This document shows, in pieces, positions 1 to 10,604 of a DNA stretch of 64,000 bases. The notes under the pieces are model-generated. The model ran no database searches and was not told the origin of the DNA. It saw only the letters and a program-made list of their open reading frames with translations. Both the position numbers and the translations under genes were made by a program. Each line of letters begins with the position of its first letter. The first letter of the stretch is position 1. The stretch comes from Gammaproteobacteria bacterium (lineage in GTDB: Bacteria; Pseudomonadota; Gammaproteobacteria; UBA4575): assembly GCA_965243395.1 (NCBI GenBank), contig CBDEUS010000002.1, forward strand, positions 1,024,001-1,088,000. Reading direction: 5' to 3'.

Positions 1-1
1 T

Positions 2-604
2 TTAGATCACATCGCTCTCCTCCCTATGTTATTGGATACTTCATACGATCACTTGGTCAATCACCCACTAACTTTGCACTGTAAACAAGAGACCTACGAA
101 ATATTGGCAAAACACATTTTTAATTGGGATGTATGGCCAAACTTTTTTGAATTACCCAGTGCTGAGACACCAGTGATTATTTATGAATCTATGCAGCCTG
201 GAGACTGTATTGAATTTGGTGACAAGATTGTAAAAATGGTCGAAGTAAACCATTCCGTTCCAGCAGCTGCTTATGTAATTAATAATGGCACTGGCACGAT
301 TGCTTTTACGGGCGACACTTTTACCAATGACACTTTTTGGCAGTCTTTAAATGAAGAGCCGAACATGGATATCGTGATTGTAGAATGTGGTTTTACCAAT
401 GAAGAAGAAAATATAGGGCGAGATGCGAAACATTACTATCCTAAGGCATTAGCTGAGGATCTGAAAAAATTGAAGCACCGGCCAGATCTCTATATCACGC
501 ATTTACAACCAGGTAGGGAAGAACGGATCATAGAACAACTCAATTCATCCATAACAGAATTTAACATTCATCAACTTTCCAGCGGCCAAATAATTTCGAT
601 CTAA
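2..604 (+). CDS. MBL-fold metallohydrolase, probable class II 3',5'-cyclic-nucleotide phosphodiesterase (5'-truncated by window edge)
   Basis: Frame is open from base 2 (LDHIALLPM, the tail of an HxHxDH motif); later MBL motifs VNHSVP, FTGDT, LYITHLQPG. Confidence 0.75.
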   Translation, partial: LDHIALLPMLLDTSYDHLVNHPLTLHCKQETYEILAKHIFNWDVWPNFFELPSAETPVIIYESMQPGDCIEFGDKIVKMVEVNHSVPAAAYVINNGTGTIAFTGDTFTNDTFWQSLNEEPNMDIVIVECGFTNEEENIGRDAKHYYPKALAEDLKKLKHRPDLYITHLQPGREERIIEQLNSSITEFNIHQLSSGQIISI

Positions 605-663
605 TTTCGATATAATTTACTCCACTTTTTTTAACGAAGCCCCATGAAGATGGGTGCATTGAT

Positions 664-2025
664 ATGTTTGACAATTTATCTACTCGCTTATCGAGTACTG
701 TTCAAAAGTTACGTGGCCAAGCGCGCCTTAGTGAAGAAAATATTCAGGAAACGTTGCGCGAAGTACGCATGGCATTGCTAGAAGCAGATGTCGCGTTACC
801 TGTTGTTAAAGATTTCATCGCAAATGTAAAAGAAAAAGCCTTAGGGCAAGAAGTGCTTACAAGCCTGTCACCCGGGCAGGCCTTCATCAAAATTGTAAAT
901 GATGAACTTGTGCACTTGATGGGCGATGCCAATGAATCGCTTACCTTAGCGGCCCAACCACCTGTAGTGATATTGATTGCCGGTCTACAAGGGGCAGGTA
1001 AAACCACCAGTATCGGAAAACTTTCAAGATTTTTAACCGAAAAACAAAAGAAAAGCGTTGCAGTAGTCAGTTGCGACATCTATCGACCTGCAGCGATCCA
1101 ACAGCTACAAACCCTGGCCAAAGAAGTGGGTGTTGATTTCATTTCCAGTGAAACCAATCAGGCGCCAATCGATATTGCTAACCGTGCTGTGGATTATGCA
1201 AAAACACAATTTAAAGATGTGTTGATCATCGATACAGCGGGGCGTTTGCATGTTGATGAAGAAATGATGCAAGAAATTATTTCATTGCACCAAGTTGTTC
1301 AGCCTGCAGAGACCTTATTTGTTGTAGATAGTATGAGTGGTCAAGATGCGGCGAACTCTGCTAAGGCATTTAATGAAGCATTACCGCTTACAGGTGTGAT
1401 ACTGACTAAGACAGATGGTGATGCACGTGGAGGTGCGGCGTTATCGGTACGTCATATTACTGGCAAACCGATAAAATTCTTAGGTACAGGAGAAAAAACT
1501 ACTGCTTTAGAACCTTTCCATCCTGATCGCGTGGCATCTCGAATACTGGGAATGGGTGACGTAGTCAGTTTGGTAGAAGAAGTTGAACAAAAGGTTGATA
1601 AAGATAAAGCGCAAAAGCTAGCGAGGAAAATTAAAAAAGGTAAAAGCTTTAATATGCTTGATCTAAAAAGTCAGTTAGAGCAGATGATGAATATGGGTGG
1701 CTTGGCTGGAATTATGGATAAAATTCCTGGTGCTGCGGGGATGCCGAAAAATGTTCCTGGCATGGGGGATGACAAAGCGATTCATCAAATGATTGCAATT
1801 ATTAATTCCATGACACCACACGAGCGTCGCTTTCCGGATGTGATTAAAAATACACGAAAACGACGTATTGCGGCAGGCTCAGGTACACAGGTACAGGATG
1901 TGAATCGACTTCTCAAACAGCATTTGCAAATGAAAAAAATGATGAAGAAATTCTCGAAGAAGGGTGGTATGCAGAGAATGATGCAGGGACTGAAGGGTGG
2001 TGGCTTACCGCCTGGATTAGGCTAA
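664..2025 (+). CDS. ffh: Signal recognition particle protein
   Basis: GLQGAGKTT, DTAGR, TKTDGDARGGAALS, Met-rich C-terminal M domain; precedes rpsP. Confidence 0.98.
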   Translation: MFDNLSTRLSSTVQKLRGQARLSEENIQETLREVRMALLEADVALPVVKDFIANVKEKALGQEVLTSLSPGQAFIKIVNDELVHLMGDANESLTLAAQPPVVILIAGLQGAGKTTSIGKLSRFLTEKQKKSVAVVSCDIYRPAAIQQLQTLAKEVGVDFISSETNQAPIDIANRAVDYAKTQFKDVLIIDTAGRLHVDEEMMQEIISLHQVVQPAETLFVVDSMSGQDAANSAKAFNEALPLTGVILTKTDGDARGGAALSVRHITGKPIKFLGTGEKTTALEPFHPDRVASRILGMGDVVSLVEEVEQKVDKDKAQKLARKIKKGKSFNMLDLKSQLEQMMNMGGLAGIMDKIPGAAGMPKNVPGMGDDKAIHQMIAIINSMTPHERRFPDVIKNTRKRRIAAGSGTQVQDVNRLLKQHLQMKKMMKKFSKKGGMQRMMQGLKGGGLPPGLG

Positions 2026-2154
2026 GTCTCTAATTTCCTAGATGCATATCTCTTTATCCCTTGCTGAGAACGCTATGCCAGCTTTATTTTTAAGTAAATT
2101 TACGTACAATGCCCAGCTCGATTTTAGCTATTCATTTAAAAGTATTAGAAATAT

Positions 2155-2406
2155 ATGGTCACCATTCGATTAGCCAGAGGCGGAGCCAAAAAACGCCCTT
2201 TCTACCACATAGTTGTAACGGATTCTCGTAAGCGACGTGACAGTAGCTACATTGAGCGTATCGGATACTACAATCCTCGCGCTACCGGTGAGGAAGTAAG
2301 ACTGAATATTGAAATGGATCGGTTTGATCACTGGTGTGGGCATGGTGCTCAACCTTCCGAACGTGTTGCATCACTTGTTAAGCAGCACCAAAAACAAGCT
2401 GCCTGA
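2155..2406 (+). CDS. rpsP: 30S ribosomal protein S16
   Basis: [21 protein letters not shown]; first gene of the trmD operon. Confidence 0.98.
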   Translation: MVTIRLARGGAKKRPFYHIVVTDSRKRRDSSYIERIGYYNPRATGEEVRLNIEMDRFDHWCGHGAQPSERVASLVKQHQKQAA

Positions 2407-2442
2407 TTAGACTAAGCTCTTGCCCAAGCTTGGGCCAAAATC

Positions 2443-2964
2443 TTGGTTCAAGATTCCTACATCCAAGTTGGCCAAATACAAGGCGTATTTGGCATCAAAG
2501 GTTGGTTAAAAATTTTTTCTCATTGTCGGCCTAAAGAACAAATTTTCGAGTATCTCAATTGGCAATTACGTGCACCAAAAGGTGTGGATACGTATGAGTT
2601 ACAGGGAGGCAAGCCACATGGTAATGGCCTGATTGCTAAGCTTAAGTATGTAGATGATCGTACTCATGCAGAAACACTAAAAGGTGCAGAAATTTGGGTC
2701 GCTAAATCAGAATTGTCTGAGCTCGAAGATGACGAGCACTATTGGTATGAGTTGGAAGGCTTAAAAGTAATAAATGAAGCAGGCGAATACTTAGGCGATG
2801 TAAAAAAATTACTGGAAACAGGAGCCAATGATGTATTGGTTGTCACAAATGAAACAGGTCAGCCAGAAATTCTAATACCTTATATTAAAGATCAAGTGAT
2901 TAAGGGCGTAGACTTAGAAAAAAATACCATAACGGTTGATTGGTTAAGGGACTATTCATTATGA
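2443..2964 (+). CDS. rimM: Ribosome maturation factor RimM
   Basis: GQIQGVFGIKGWLK, YWYELEGL, ETGANDVLVV; synteny; TTG start. Confidence 0.96.
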   Translation: MVQDSYIQVGQIQGVFGIKGWLKIFSHCRPKEQIFEYLNWQLRAPKGVDTYELQGGKPHGNGLIAKLKYVDDRTHAETLKGAEIWVAKSELSELEDDEHYWYELEGLKVINEAGEYLGDVKKLLETGANDVLVVTNETGQPEILIPYIKDQVIKGVDLEKNTITVDWLRDYSL

Positions 2965-3698
2965 AATTTAGTGTTATTACACTGTTTCCAGAAATGGTTC
3001 TTAATTTGTCTCAGTATGGTGTGGTGAGTCGTGCCTTCGAGAAAAAATTAGCGGGTTTGGAAGTCATTAATCCCCGTGATTTTTCTGATGACCCAAATCG
3101 TCGAATTGATGATCGTCCTTATGGCGGCGGCCCTGGCATGGTGATGCAATTTGAGCCCTTGCAAAAAGCGATTCGACATGCCCAAGAACAATCCACAAAT
3201 TCTCGAGTCATTTATTTGTCTGCGCAGGGAAAGCCTTTAGAGCATTCGGATATAAGCCGACTAAGCACTTATGACTCAATCACCTTATTGGCGGGGCGCT
3301 ATGAAGGTGTTGACGAGCGCATCATAGAAGCGGAGGTAGATGAGGAGATTGCAATTGGAGATATCGTCGTAAGTGGCGGTGAATTGCCTGCAATGATGTT
3401 GATCGATGCCTTAATTCGTCATATTCCGGGGGCATTGGGGCATGAGGAATCAGCTCATCAAGATTCCTTTGTTGACGGACTGCTCGATTGCCCTCATTAT
3501 ACGCGCCCGGAAAGTATCCAGGGTCTCAGTGTGCCAAAGGCACTATTGGGGGGTGATCATCAAGCTATACAGAAATGGCGCGAGAAACAGTCACTCGGGC
3601 GTACTTTCCAGCGCAGGCCGGACTTACTTGAGAAACTAAATCTCAGTGATGAACAAAAGGCCTTGCTAGAGGAGTATATACAAGAGCAGCTAGATTAA
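2961..3698 (+). CDS. trmD: tRNA (guanine37-N1)-methyltransferase
   Basis: [35 protein letters not shown]; start moved to ATG 2961 (ATGA overlap with rimM stop). Confidence 0.97.
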   Translation: MKFSVITLFPEMVLNLSQYGVVSRAFEKKLAGLEVINPRDFSDDPNRRIDDRPYGGGPGMVMQFEPLQKAIRHAQEQSTNSRVIYLSAQGKPLEHSDISRLSTYDSITLLAGRYEGVDERIIEAEVDEEIAIGDIVVSGGELPAMMLIDALIRHIPGALGHEESAHQDSFVDGLLDCPHYTRPESIQGLSVPKALLGGDHQAIQKWREKQSLGRTFQRRPDLLEKLNLSDEQKALLEEYIQEQLD

Positions 3699-3712
3699 AG
3701 TACGTTAAGAAT

Positions 3713-4057
3713 ATGTCGAATATTATCCAAGAAATAAACCAACAACAGCTTAAAAAGGATCTGCCTGATTTCAGTCCTGGCGACACGGTAGTGGTGCAGG
3801 TAAAAGTAAAAGAAGGTAATCGTGAGCGATTACAGGCCTTTGAAGGAGTTGTAATAGCCAAGCGCAATAGAGGCTTAAATTCAGCCTTTACTGTTAGAAA
3901 GCTTTCCCATGGTGAAGGTGTAGAAAGAGTATTTCAAACACATAGTCCATTAATTGACAGTATAAAAGTGAAACGTAAAGGAAATGTGCGTCGCGCTAAA
4001 CTTTATTATCTACGAGGACGCACTGGTAAGGCCGCAAGAATTAAAGAGAAAATCTAG
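3713..4057 (+). CDS. rplS: 50S ribosomal protein L19
   Basis: [27 protein letters not shown]. Confidence 0.98.
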   Translation: MSNIIQEINQQQLKKDLPDFSPGDTVVVQVKVKEGNRERLQAFEGVVIAKRNRGLNSAFTVRKLSHGEGVERVFQTHSPLIDSIKVKRKGNVRRAKLYYLRGRTGKAARIKEKI

Positions 4058-4082
4058 GTTTCTTACTCAACGAATTCTAATC

Positions 4083-4113
4083 AAACGCCTCGTTGAACGA
4101 GGCGTTTTTGTTT
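4083..4113 (+). terminator. Intrinsic terminator of the trmD operon
   Basis: AAACGCCTCGT-TGA-ACGAGGCGTTT hairpin followed by a T-rich tract, just after rplS. Confidence 0.85.
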
Positions 4114-4170
4114 TGGTCTCAAGCTCATCAAATGTCTGATCTTGAAGTTAAAAAAGGTACAATCCTATAT

Positions 4171-4632
4171 ATGAAACAAATAATCGTAAATGCACCCATT
4201 GGGAAAATAGCAGTTAGTTATGAAGATGAATTTGTAACCGAAGTGAAGCAAGTCGCATCACAGACACGTGCGGTAACAAATAAAGATCCCTTCGCGGTGG
4301 AAATTCAAAAACAATTCAAGTCGTATTTTTCAGGAGATCTTTATGAATTTAATTTGCCATTCTTGTTTAAACAGGGAACGGATTATCAGTTAAAAGTTTG
4401 GGATCAAATAAGAAAGATCTCATTTGGCAAAACCAAAACGTATGGAGAAATAGCAAAAAAAATTAAGTCCGGTCCTCGAGCAGTGGGCAATGCATGTCGA
4501 CGTAATCAATTGTTGTTACTGGTTCCTTGTCATCGTGTGGTGAGTGCAACAGGTTTAGGGGGATTTATGGGTGATGCTGATGGGAGTTTAGTTCGCAGAA
4601 AACAATGGTTGCTAGATCACGAACAAGCGTAA
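4171..4632 (+). CDS. ogt: Methylated-DNA-protein-cysteine methyltransferase
   Basis: GKTKTYGEIA, RAVGNAC, active-site PCHRV; track start (4093) lies inside the terminator, so ATG 4171 preferred. Confidence 0.88.
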   Translation: MKQIIVNAPIGKIAVSYEDEFVTEVKQVASQTRAVTNKDPFAVEIQKQFKSYFSGDLYEFNLPFLFKQGTDYQLKVWDQIRKISFGKTKTYGEIAKKIKSGPRAVGNACRRNQLLLLVPCHRVVSATGLGGFMGDADGSLVRRKQWLLDHEQA

Positions 4633-4641
4633 AACATTTTT

Positions 4642-4683
4642 ATGCATATTCATTATCTAAAGCATGAGTTGCGTTGGTGTTGA
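4642..4683 (+). pseudogene. 13-codon remnant or duplicate of the GATase gene start (MHIHYLKHELRWC*)
   Basis: ATGCATATTCATTATCTAAAGCATG resembles the start of the next gene, ATGCACGTTCATTATCTTAAGCATG (MHVHYLKH). Confidence 0.55.
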
Positions 4684-4689
4684 GGAAAG

Positions 4690-5391
4690 ATGCACGTTCA
4701 TTATCTTAAGCATGTTCCTTTTGAAGGTTTGGGCTCTATGGAGGGCATGTTTATAGAGCGAGGCTGTGATCTTTCACGTACCTGTATGTATGAAGACCAA
4801 TCATTGCCTTCCATTCATGACATTGACGCACTAATTGTTATGGGTGGACCAATGGGAGTGAATGATGATGATAGTTATCCATGGCTTACGTTGGAAAAAG
4901 AATTTATTGAATCGGTCATTAAACTAGACGTGCCTGTAATGGGTGTATGTTTAGGTGCACAACTCATTGCAAATGTATTAGGCGCATCGGTTACAAAAAA
5001 TGTACATGAAGAAATTGGTTGGTTTCCGGTAAGTCGCACTAAAGGACTTATGGACACAAGGGTGGAAAATCTTCCTACACGTTTTGATGCTTTGCATTGG
5101 CATGGTGATACTTTTGATATACCCGATGGCGCAAGCAATTTTTTGACAAGTGACGGTTGTGCAAATCAGGGTTTTGCATATGGCGACTCAACTTTAGCAC
5201 TACAGTTTCATTTAGAAATGTTGCCGAGCAATGTAGAAGCAATCTATCAGGAATGTGGCTCAGCAGATAAGAGCGGGAAGTATATTCACAGCTTGGGTGA
5301 AATGCTTGCTCCAGCCGAGAAGTATCAAGAGGCTAATCATGTACTAAAAAATATCCTTGAGACCTTTGTTTTTCAAAAAATGCCCCAATAA
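4690..5391 (+). CDS. Class I glutamine amidotransferase (GMP-synthase-like, stand-alone)
   Basis: MGGPMGV, nucleophile elbow GVCLGAQ, QFHLE. Confidence 0.9.
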   Translation: MHVHYLKHVPFEGLGSMEGMFIERGCDLSRTCMYEDQSLPSIHDIDALIVMGGPMGVNDDDSYPWLTLEKEFIESVIKLDVPVMGVCLGAQLIANVLGASVTKNVHEEIGWFPVSRTKGLMDTRVENLPTRFDALHWHGDTFDIPDGASNFLTSDGCANQGFAYGDSTLALQFHLEMLPSNVEAIYQECGSADKSGKYIHSLGEMLAPAEKYQEANHVLKNILETFVFQKMPQ

Positions 5392-5405
5392 ACGATAGGA
5401 GACCA

Positions 5406-5615
5406 GTGATGGAAGACAACAGCAGAAAAGATATCCGAGCCTTATTAAAAACCTTTGGTGTGAAAGCAGATGAAGCCATTGTGGGTCATTTGGCTAAGAA
5501 CCCAGATGTTAAACAGTTATCGCTTAAAGTTACACTTGAGGATTTGACGGATTATGGATCTTCATCTCCAAATGGTGAATTGTCTTTTATAGTGGATGGC
5601 GAAATAAACCGCTAA
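5406..5615 (+). CDS. Small hypothetical protein
   Basis: AGGAG RBS upstream; fills the gap between GATase and htpG; start may be ATG 5409. Confidence 0.7.
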   Translation: MMEDNSRKDIRALLKTFGVKADEAIVGHLAKNPDVKQLSLKVTLEDLTDYGSSSPNGELSFIVDGEINR

Positions 5616-5633
5616 TTAACGTTTCGAATAGTT

Positions 5634-7550
5634 ATGAGTACGAAGACAGATAAAAATAATAAAAAAGATGATGCTAAGGAAACTTTGCAGTTTGAAACAG
5701 AAGTAGCACAACTTCTACATCTAATGATTCATTCTCTTTATTCGAATAAAGAGATATTTTTGCGAGAGTTAATTTCAAACGCTTCTGATGCTTGTGACAA
5801 ATTACGCTTTGAGGCGATATCAGACGATTCATTGCTAAGTGATGATTCGGATTTAAAGATTCAAGTAGAGTTTGATAAAGATGATAGAACGGTAACCATT
5901 CGTGACAATGGTGTCGGCATGAGCCGTGACGAAGTCGTCAATAATATCGGCACGATTGCAAAATCAGGAACCAAAGAATTTTTATCGCAACTCACGGGCG
6001 ATCAAAGCAAAGACTCACATTTAATTGGTCAGTTCGGTGTCGGGTTTTATTCTGCTTTTATTGTCGCCGATAAGGTCACGCTAAAAACACTTCGTGCCGG
6101 GCTTGAAAAAGATCAAGCCGTTCAATGGGAATCTGAAGGCACAGGTTCATACACTTTGGAAAATATTGAAAAAACAAAGCGTGGCACGGAAGTGACATTA
6201 CATCTCAAAAAGGATGAAGATGATTTGTTAACGAGTTGGCGATTACGTTCTATTATTACCAAATACTCGGATCATGTGCCTTTGCCCATTGAAATGCGCG
6301 AGGAAAATGATAAAGGTGAGGTCACTGCAAAATGGGAAACCATTAATAAAGCTTCTGCCTTATGGGCACGACCTAAAACAGAAATTTCAGAAGACGAATA
6401 TAAAGAGTTTTATAAACACGTAGGACATGATTTCGTTGATCCATTGCTATGGACGCATAACCGAGTTGAAGGTAAAACAGAATATACATCGCTTTTGTAC
6501 ATTCCTTCTCAAGCCCCGTTTGATTTATTTGATCAAAATCCAAAACATGGTGTAAAGCTCTATGTACAACGTGTCTTTATCATGGATGATGCGGAAAAAT
6601 TATTACCAAGATATTTGCGTTTTGTTCGCGGTGTAATCGATTCGAATGATTTACCACTCAATATTTCGCGGGAAATTCTGCAAAGCAATAAAGTCATCGA
6701 CAACATCCGCTCGGGTTCGGTTAAAAAAGTATTAGGTCTTTTAGAAAAGCTTTCAAAAAATGAAACCGATAAATATCAAGAATTTTGGAATGTGTTTGGC
6801 AAGGTCTTAAAAGAAGGTCCTGGTGAGGACTTTGCCAACAAAGAAAAAATTGCCAAGTTAATGCGCTTTGCCTCAACACACCAGGAAAGCGACGTACAAA
6901 ACGTTTCGCTGGATGATTACATAGCACGTATGAAGCCAGAGCAAGAAAAAATTTATTACATCACTGCAGATAACTATGCAGCGGCAAAAAACAGTCCCCA
7001 CCTGGAAATATTTAAAGATAAAGGTATTGAAGTTTTATTGTTATTTGATCGAGTAGATGAATGGCTCATGAGTCATTTAACCGAGTATGAAGAAAAATCT
7101 TTTGCTTCGGTGGCAAAAGGCGAGCTTGATCTAGATAAATTAGGCACTGAAGAAGATAAAGAGAAGCGTAAACAAGCGGAAAAAGATGCCGAGGGATTAG
7201 TTAAACGTATTAAAGATGTCCTAGAGGATAAAGTTGAAGATGTTCGAGTTTCTCATCGATTAACTAATTCTCCGGCATGCATCGTTCTAAGTGAGCATGA
7301 TATGGCGTTGTATATGCAACACCTTATGAAACAAGCCGGGCATGAAATGCCATCCACTAAACCTGTTTTAGAAATTAATCCAACCCATGCTCTAGTAGAA
7401 AGAATGGAAAATGAGCAAGCAGAAGATCGTTTTGAAGATTGGGCTAAAATTTTGTTTGATCAGGCGATACTCGCAGAAGGTGGGCAGCTTGAAGATCCTG
7501 CAACATTTGTGAATAGATTGAATCAAATGATTAATGAGCTCGCCCAATAA
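5634..7550 (+). CDS. htpG: Chaperone HtpG (Hsp90)
   Basis: [39 protein letters not shown]. Confidence 0.98.
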   Translation: MSTKTDKNNKKDDAKETLQFETEVAQLLHLMIHSLYSNKEIFLRELISNASDACDKLRFEAISDDSLLSDDSDLKIQVEFDKDDRTVTIRDNGVGMSRDEVVNNIGTIAKSGTKEFLSQLTGDQSKDSHLIGQFGVGFYSAFIVADKVTLKTLRAGLEKDQAVQWESEGTGSYTLENIEKTKRGTEVTLHLKKDEDDLLTSWRLRSIITKYSDHVPLPIEMREENDKGEVTAKWETINKASALWARPKTEISEDEYKEFYKHVGHDFVDPLLWTHNRVEGKTEYTSLLYIPSQAPFDLFDQNPKHGVKLYVQRVFIMDDAEKLLPRYLRFVRGVIDSNDLPLNISREILQSNKVIDNIRSGSVKKVLGLLEKLSKNETDKYQEFWNVFGKVLKEGPGEDFANKEKIAKLMRFASTHQESDVQNVSLDDYIARMKPEQEKIYYITADNYAAAKNSPHLEIFKDKGIEVLLLFDRVDEWLMSHLTEYEEKSFASVAKGELDLDKLGTEEDKEKRKQAEKDAEGLVKRIKDVLEDKVEDVRVSHRLTNSPACIVLSEHDMALYMQHLMKQAGHEMPSTKPVLEINPTHALVERMENEQAEDRFEDWAKILFDQAILAEGGQLEDPATFVNRLNQMINELAQ

Positions 7551-7992
7551 AAATATAAAAGATAAAAAAGCATTCTGGCAAACCAAAACCCTTAAGGAGA
7601 TGTCCAAAAAAGAATGGGAATCTCTCTGCGATGGTTGTGGAAAGTGCTGCTTAATTAAACTGGAAGATGCAGAGACCAAAGAACTCTTTTATACAGACGT
7701 TGCATGCCATCTTCTGGACCACGACACATGTCAATGTAAAGATTACTCCAATCGAAAAAAGTTGGTTGAGGACTGCTTGCAGTTAGAAGCGGATGATGTT
7801 GAAGATTTTAAATGGTTACCAGAAAGCTGCGCTTATCGTTTATTGTATGAAGGCAAAGAACTACCTGACTGGCATTATTTAATTTCGGGTGATAAGCAAA
7901 CAATCCATAGACAGAAAATGTCTGTGCAAAATCGTATTGTGAGTGAAACAGAAGTGATGGAAGTAGCCGAACATATAGTGTACTGGGTTTAG
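7534..7992 (+). CDS. YcgN-family cysteine-cluster protein
   Basis: FWQTKTL...[22 protein letters not shown]. Confidence 0.9.
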   Translation: MSSPNKNIKDKKAFWQTKTLKEMSKKEWESLCDGCGKCCLIKLEDAETKELFYTDVACHLLDHDTCQCKDYSNRKKLVEDCLQLEADDVEDFKWLPESCAYRLLYEGKELPDWHYLISGDKQTIHRQKMSVQNRIVSETEVMEVAEHIVYWV

Positions 7993-7999
7993 TATTACA

Positions 8000-8656
8000 C
8001 TAAATTATACTGGCCAAATATCCATCCTGTCCTTTTATTTTATTTGTGTAGTGCAAATTAAAATCTTCCACAATTGATTTTTGCACAGCTTCTAAGTCTA
8101 GTAAATTATCTCTCCATCTTTTCAGCTTGGGGAAATTATTCCAATCTAATAGATTCAATTTTTCATTCATAAAATCTAAACGGATAAGTAAAGGCGCATA
8201 TGCAGCATCTATGAGTGACAGTTCTTCACCATTAAAAAATGTTGAGTCGTCTAATATATCTTCTACTCTTTGTAAACGAGTCACACATTCACCCATTTGT
8301 CCTTTCATGTCTTTTTCGTCTTTATGATTCGCAATTAAAAATAAATCTGCTAAGCAGGTCCCACCATATTCAATCCAGGCTCGATTTTTAGCAAGGGTGA
8401 GCGGATCAGATGGTTTGAGTGAACCAGGGGTAACATCGTCAATAAATTCATTTATTACCGCAGACTCGAAAAGAACTTCTTTGTCGTCTACTTTCAAGAC
8501 CGGTACTTTGCCAAGCGGAGAGATTTCTAAAAACCAGTCTGGCGGATTTAATAAGTCAATGAACGTAATATCAAATTCACAATTTTTGTGGTTAAGTGTG
8601 ATCACACTACGCTGTACAAAAGGGCAAACATTGAAGCTGATAAGTTCTAGTTTCAT
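8000..8656 (-). CDS. Glutathione S-transferase family protein
   Basis: CPFVQR, SPLGKVPVL, LFESAVI, SLIDAAY. Confidence 0.92.
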   Translation of the reverse strand: MKLELISFNVCPFVQRSVITLNHKNCEFDITFIDLLNPPDWFLEISPLGKVPVLKVDDKEVLFESAVINEFIDDVTPGSLKPSDPLTLAKNRAWIEYGGTCLADLFLIANHKDEKDMKGQMGECVTRLQRVEDILDDSTFFNGEELSLIDAAYAPLLIRLDFMNEKLNLLDWNNFPKLKRWRDNLLDLEAVQKSIVEDFNLHYTNKIKGQDGYLASII

Positions 8657-8713
8657 GGTAGAAATAGCTAAAATTTGAATCGCTGTATTATACGTAAGAG
8701 TTTAAGATATCCC

Positions 8714-9106
8714 ATGTCAGAATCGCAAAAAATTCGTATAGATAAATGGCTTTGGGCCGCACGCTTTTTCAAAACACGTGCACTGGCATCAAAAGCTGTG
8801 GATGGAGGAAAGGTGCATGTAAATGGCCAACGTGTGAAGTCTTCGCGACCTATTCAAGTGGGAAATCGTATAGAAATCACACGTGCACAAACGCATTTCG
8901 TGATTGAGGTTGTTGCTCTCAGTGAAAAACGAGGTCCAGCAAAAAAAGCTCAACTTTTATATAACGAAACTCAAGATAGTATCGAGCAAAGAGAACATCA
9001 GTCACAGCAAAGAAAAATCATGAATGCCAGTTTACCTAGATCGCAAGGCAAGCCGGACAAGCATCAACGCCGCCAGATTCGCAAAGCGAGTGGCAAGTCA
9101 AATTAG
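8714..9106 (+). CDS. hslR: Ribosome-associated heat shock protein Hsp15 (S4 domain)
   Basis: RIDKWLWAARFFKTR, GKPDKHQRR; ATG 8714 preferred over the track's TTG. Confidence 0.93.
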   Translation: MSESQKIRIDKWLWAARFFKTRALASKAVDGGKVHVNGQRVKSSRPIQVGNRIEITRAQTHFVIEVVALSEKRGPAKKAQLLYNETQDSIEQREHQSQQRKIMNASLPRSQGKPDKHQRRQIRKASGKSN

Positions 9107-9155
9107 TAAAAATGAGTAATTAATGGAATTTTCTGAAAAGACGATTAGGTTGGCG

Positions 9156-9935
9156 TTATTGATTAATTTTGAATGAGATGACAGATTTAGAATCGTTATC
9201 TACAGGTTTGCCCATGCTCATGACTCCACTGGTAATAAGAGTCTGTTCGTTTTTTGAGACATGAATTTTTTGACCGTTATCAAATTTAATGTAAGTTCCA
9301 TTGAAACTATTATCGGCTAAAAAGAATTTACCTTCTTTAAATGTAATTTTGGCATGTGCGCGTGATACAAATTTGCCTTGCACGACAATATCACAGCTTG
9401 GATCACGGCCCACTTGGCAACTTTCTTTTTCGCCTGTGACGACATGTTTCTTGCCTTTTAATGAAAGCTCGATTGATGCTTCTGCTTCATTTGCATCAAT
9501 TGAAGGATCTGGTTCAGGTAGTTCATCTTGAGACGGAATATGAATTTCTGCAGATTCATCCATTTCTGCAATGTCTTCAATTTTGTTATTTGAAACAGCT
9601 TCTATATTAGTAGCATCCAAAATTTCATCTTCTAGATCTTTAATAGAAGATACTATATTGGATGAGGCAGGTTCATCGTCTTTAAGGGCTTCTTCCAGTT
9701 CCCGTGCCCTAGTATCACTTATGTCAATGGATGTGTTGTTTGGTTGTTGTTTTTTCTCGGCAGCAACAGGAGTAGAAGCTGAACTTTCTTCTTGAGCTTC
9801 TTCCTCTTCTACTACATGACGCCGGTCGACTTTTCTACGGCGACTTTTAGTCACCAATACTCCATCACTATCAATGAATGGATAGGTGACTTTACGGCCC
9901 CAGCGGCGGCGTTCATTTTTTCTGCGTTCTTTCAT
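9156..9935 (-). CDS. FHA-domain protein with N-terminal paired ERR/DRR module and long acidic linker
   Basis: FHA motifs VGRDPSC, VSRAHA, DNSFNGT; ATG 9935 preferred (TTG 9965 possible). Confidence 0.85.
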   Translation of the reverse strand: MKERRKNERRRWGRKVTYPFIDSDGVLVTKSRRRKVDRRHVVEEEEAQEESSASTPVAAEKKQQPNNTSIDISDTRARELEEALKDDEPASSNIVSSIKDLEDEILDATNIEAVSNNKIEDIAEMDESAEIHIPSQDELPEPDPSIDANEAEASIELSLKGKKHVVTGEKESCQVGRDPSCDIVVQGKFVSRAHAKITFKEGKFFLADNSFNGTYIKFDNGQKIHVSKNEQTLITSGVMSMGKPVDNDSKSVISFKINQ

Positions 9936-10088
9936 GAAATGGGAGAATATACGTATCAACCCCAAAGTATGCGGAAATAGCTAACACTTTGAATAGCTTA
10001 AGACTATTCTACAGCCAGGTGGTAGAAACCGGCCGATTAATGTATCCAGAAACCTGCTTGTTTTGGCTGCGTGTAATGGCCAGAGTGA

Positions 10089-10604
10089 CTATGGACAGAA
10101 GTAGTGGATTACGTCTTTCTCTACGTATTCGATTGGGGTGCCAAGGCTAATAATGCCACTGCCATGTAGTTCCATTTTTTCACCCATCAGGAACATTTCG
10201 CCTTCATCGTTTTTAATATAGGTGCCATTGGTGCTGTGGTCTGTGATATGAAATACACCGTTTTCGAAACTAAATCGTGCATGTTGTCGTGATGTGTAAC
10301 GATTTTGAATTTTTACAGTGCAAGTTTGTGCACGTCCCACAATGACTTCATCAGTATCAGGAAATAATTCACAAACTTCATCTTTATGCCACAAGAATAG
10401 CCGTGTTGCCTCTGTATCTGCGGTGTCAACATCAGATTTAGCATCGTTCTGAATTTCGATGTTATTGATTCTTCGATCAGGAATTCTTCGACGGTCTTCA
10501 CGAACTAATGTTTGGTCACTATCGAAAAATGGAAATGGGGGGCTGTCGCTGGATTTGCGACGATCTTCAAGAGTTCTTCTTTCGTTAATGAATTCCGTGC
10601 CCAT
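10089..10604 (-). CDS. FHA-domain protein with N-terminal paired ERR/DRR module
   Basis: FHA motifs VGRAQTC, TSRQHA, DHSTNGT, GSGIISLG. Confidence 0.88.
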   Translation of the reverse strand: MGTEFINERRTLEDRRKSSDSPPFPFFDSDQTLVREDRRRIPDRRINNIEIQNDAKSDVDTADTEATRLFLWHKDEVCELFPDTDEVIVGRAQTCTVKIQNRYTSRQHARFSFENGVFHITDHSTNGTYIKNDEGEMFLMGEKMELHGSGIISLGTPIEYVEKDVIHYFCP

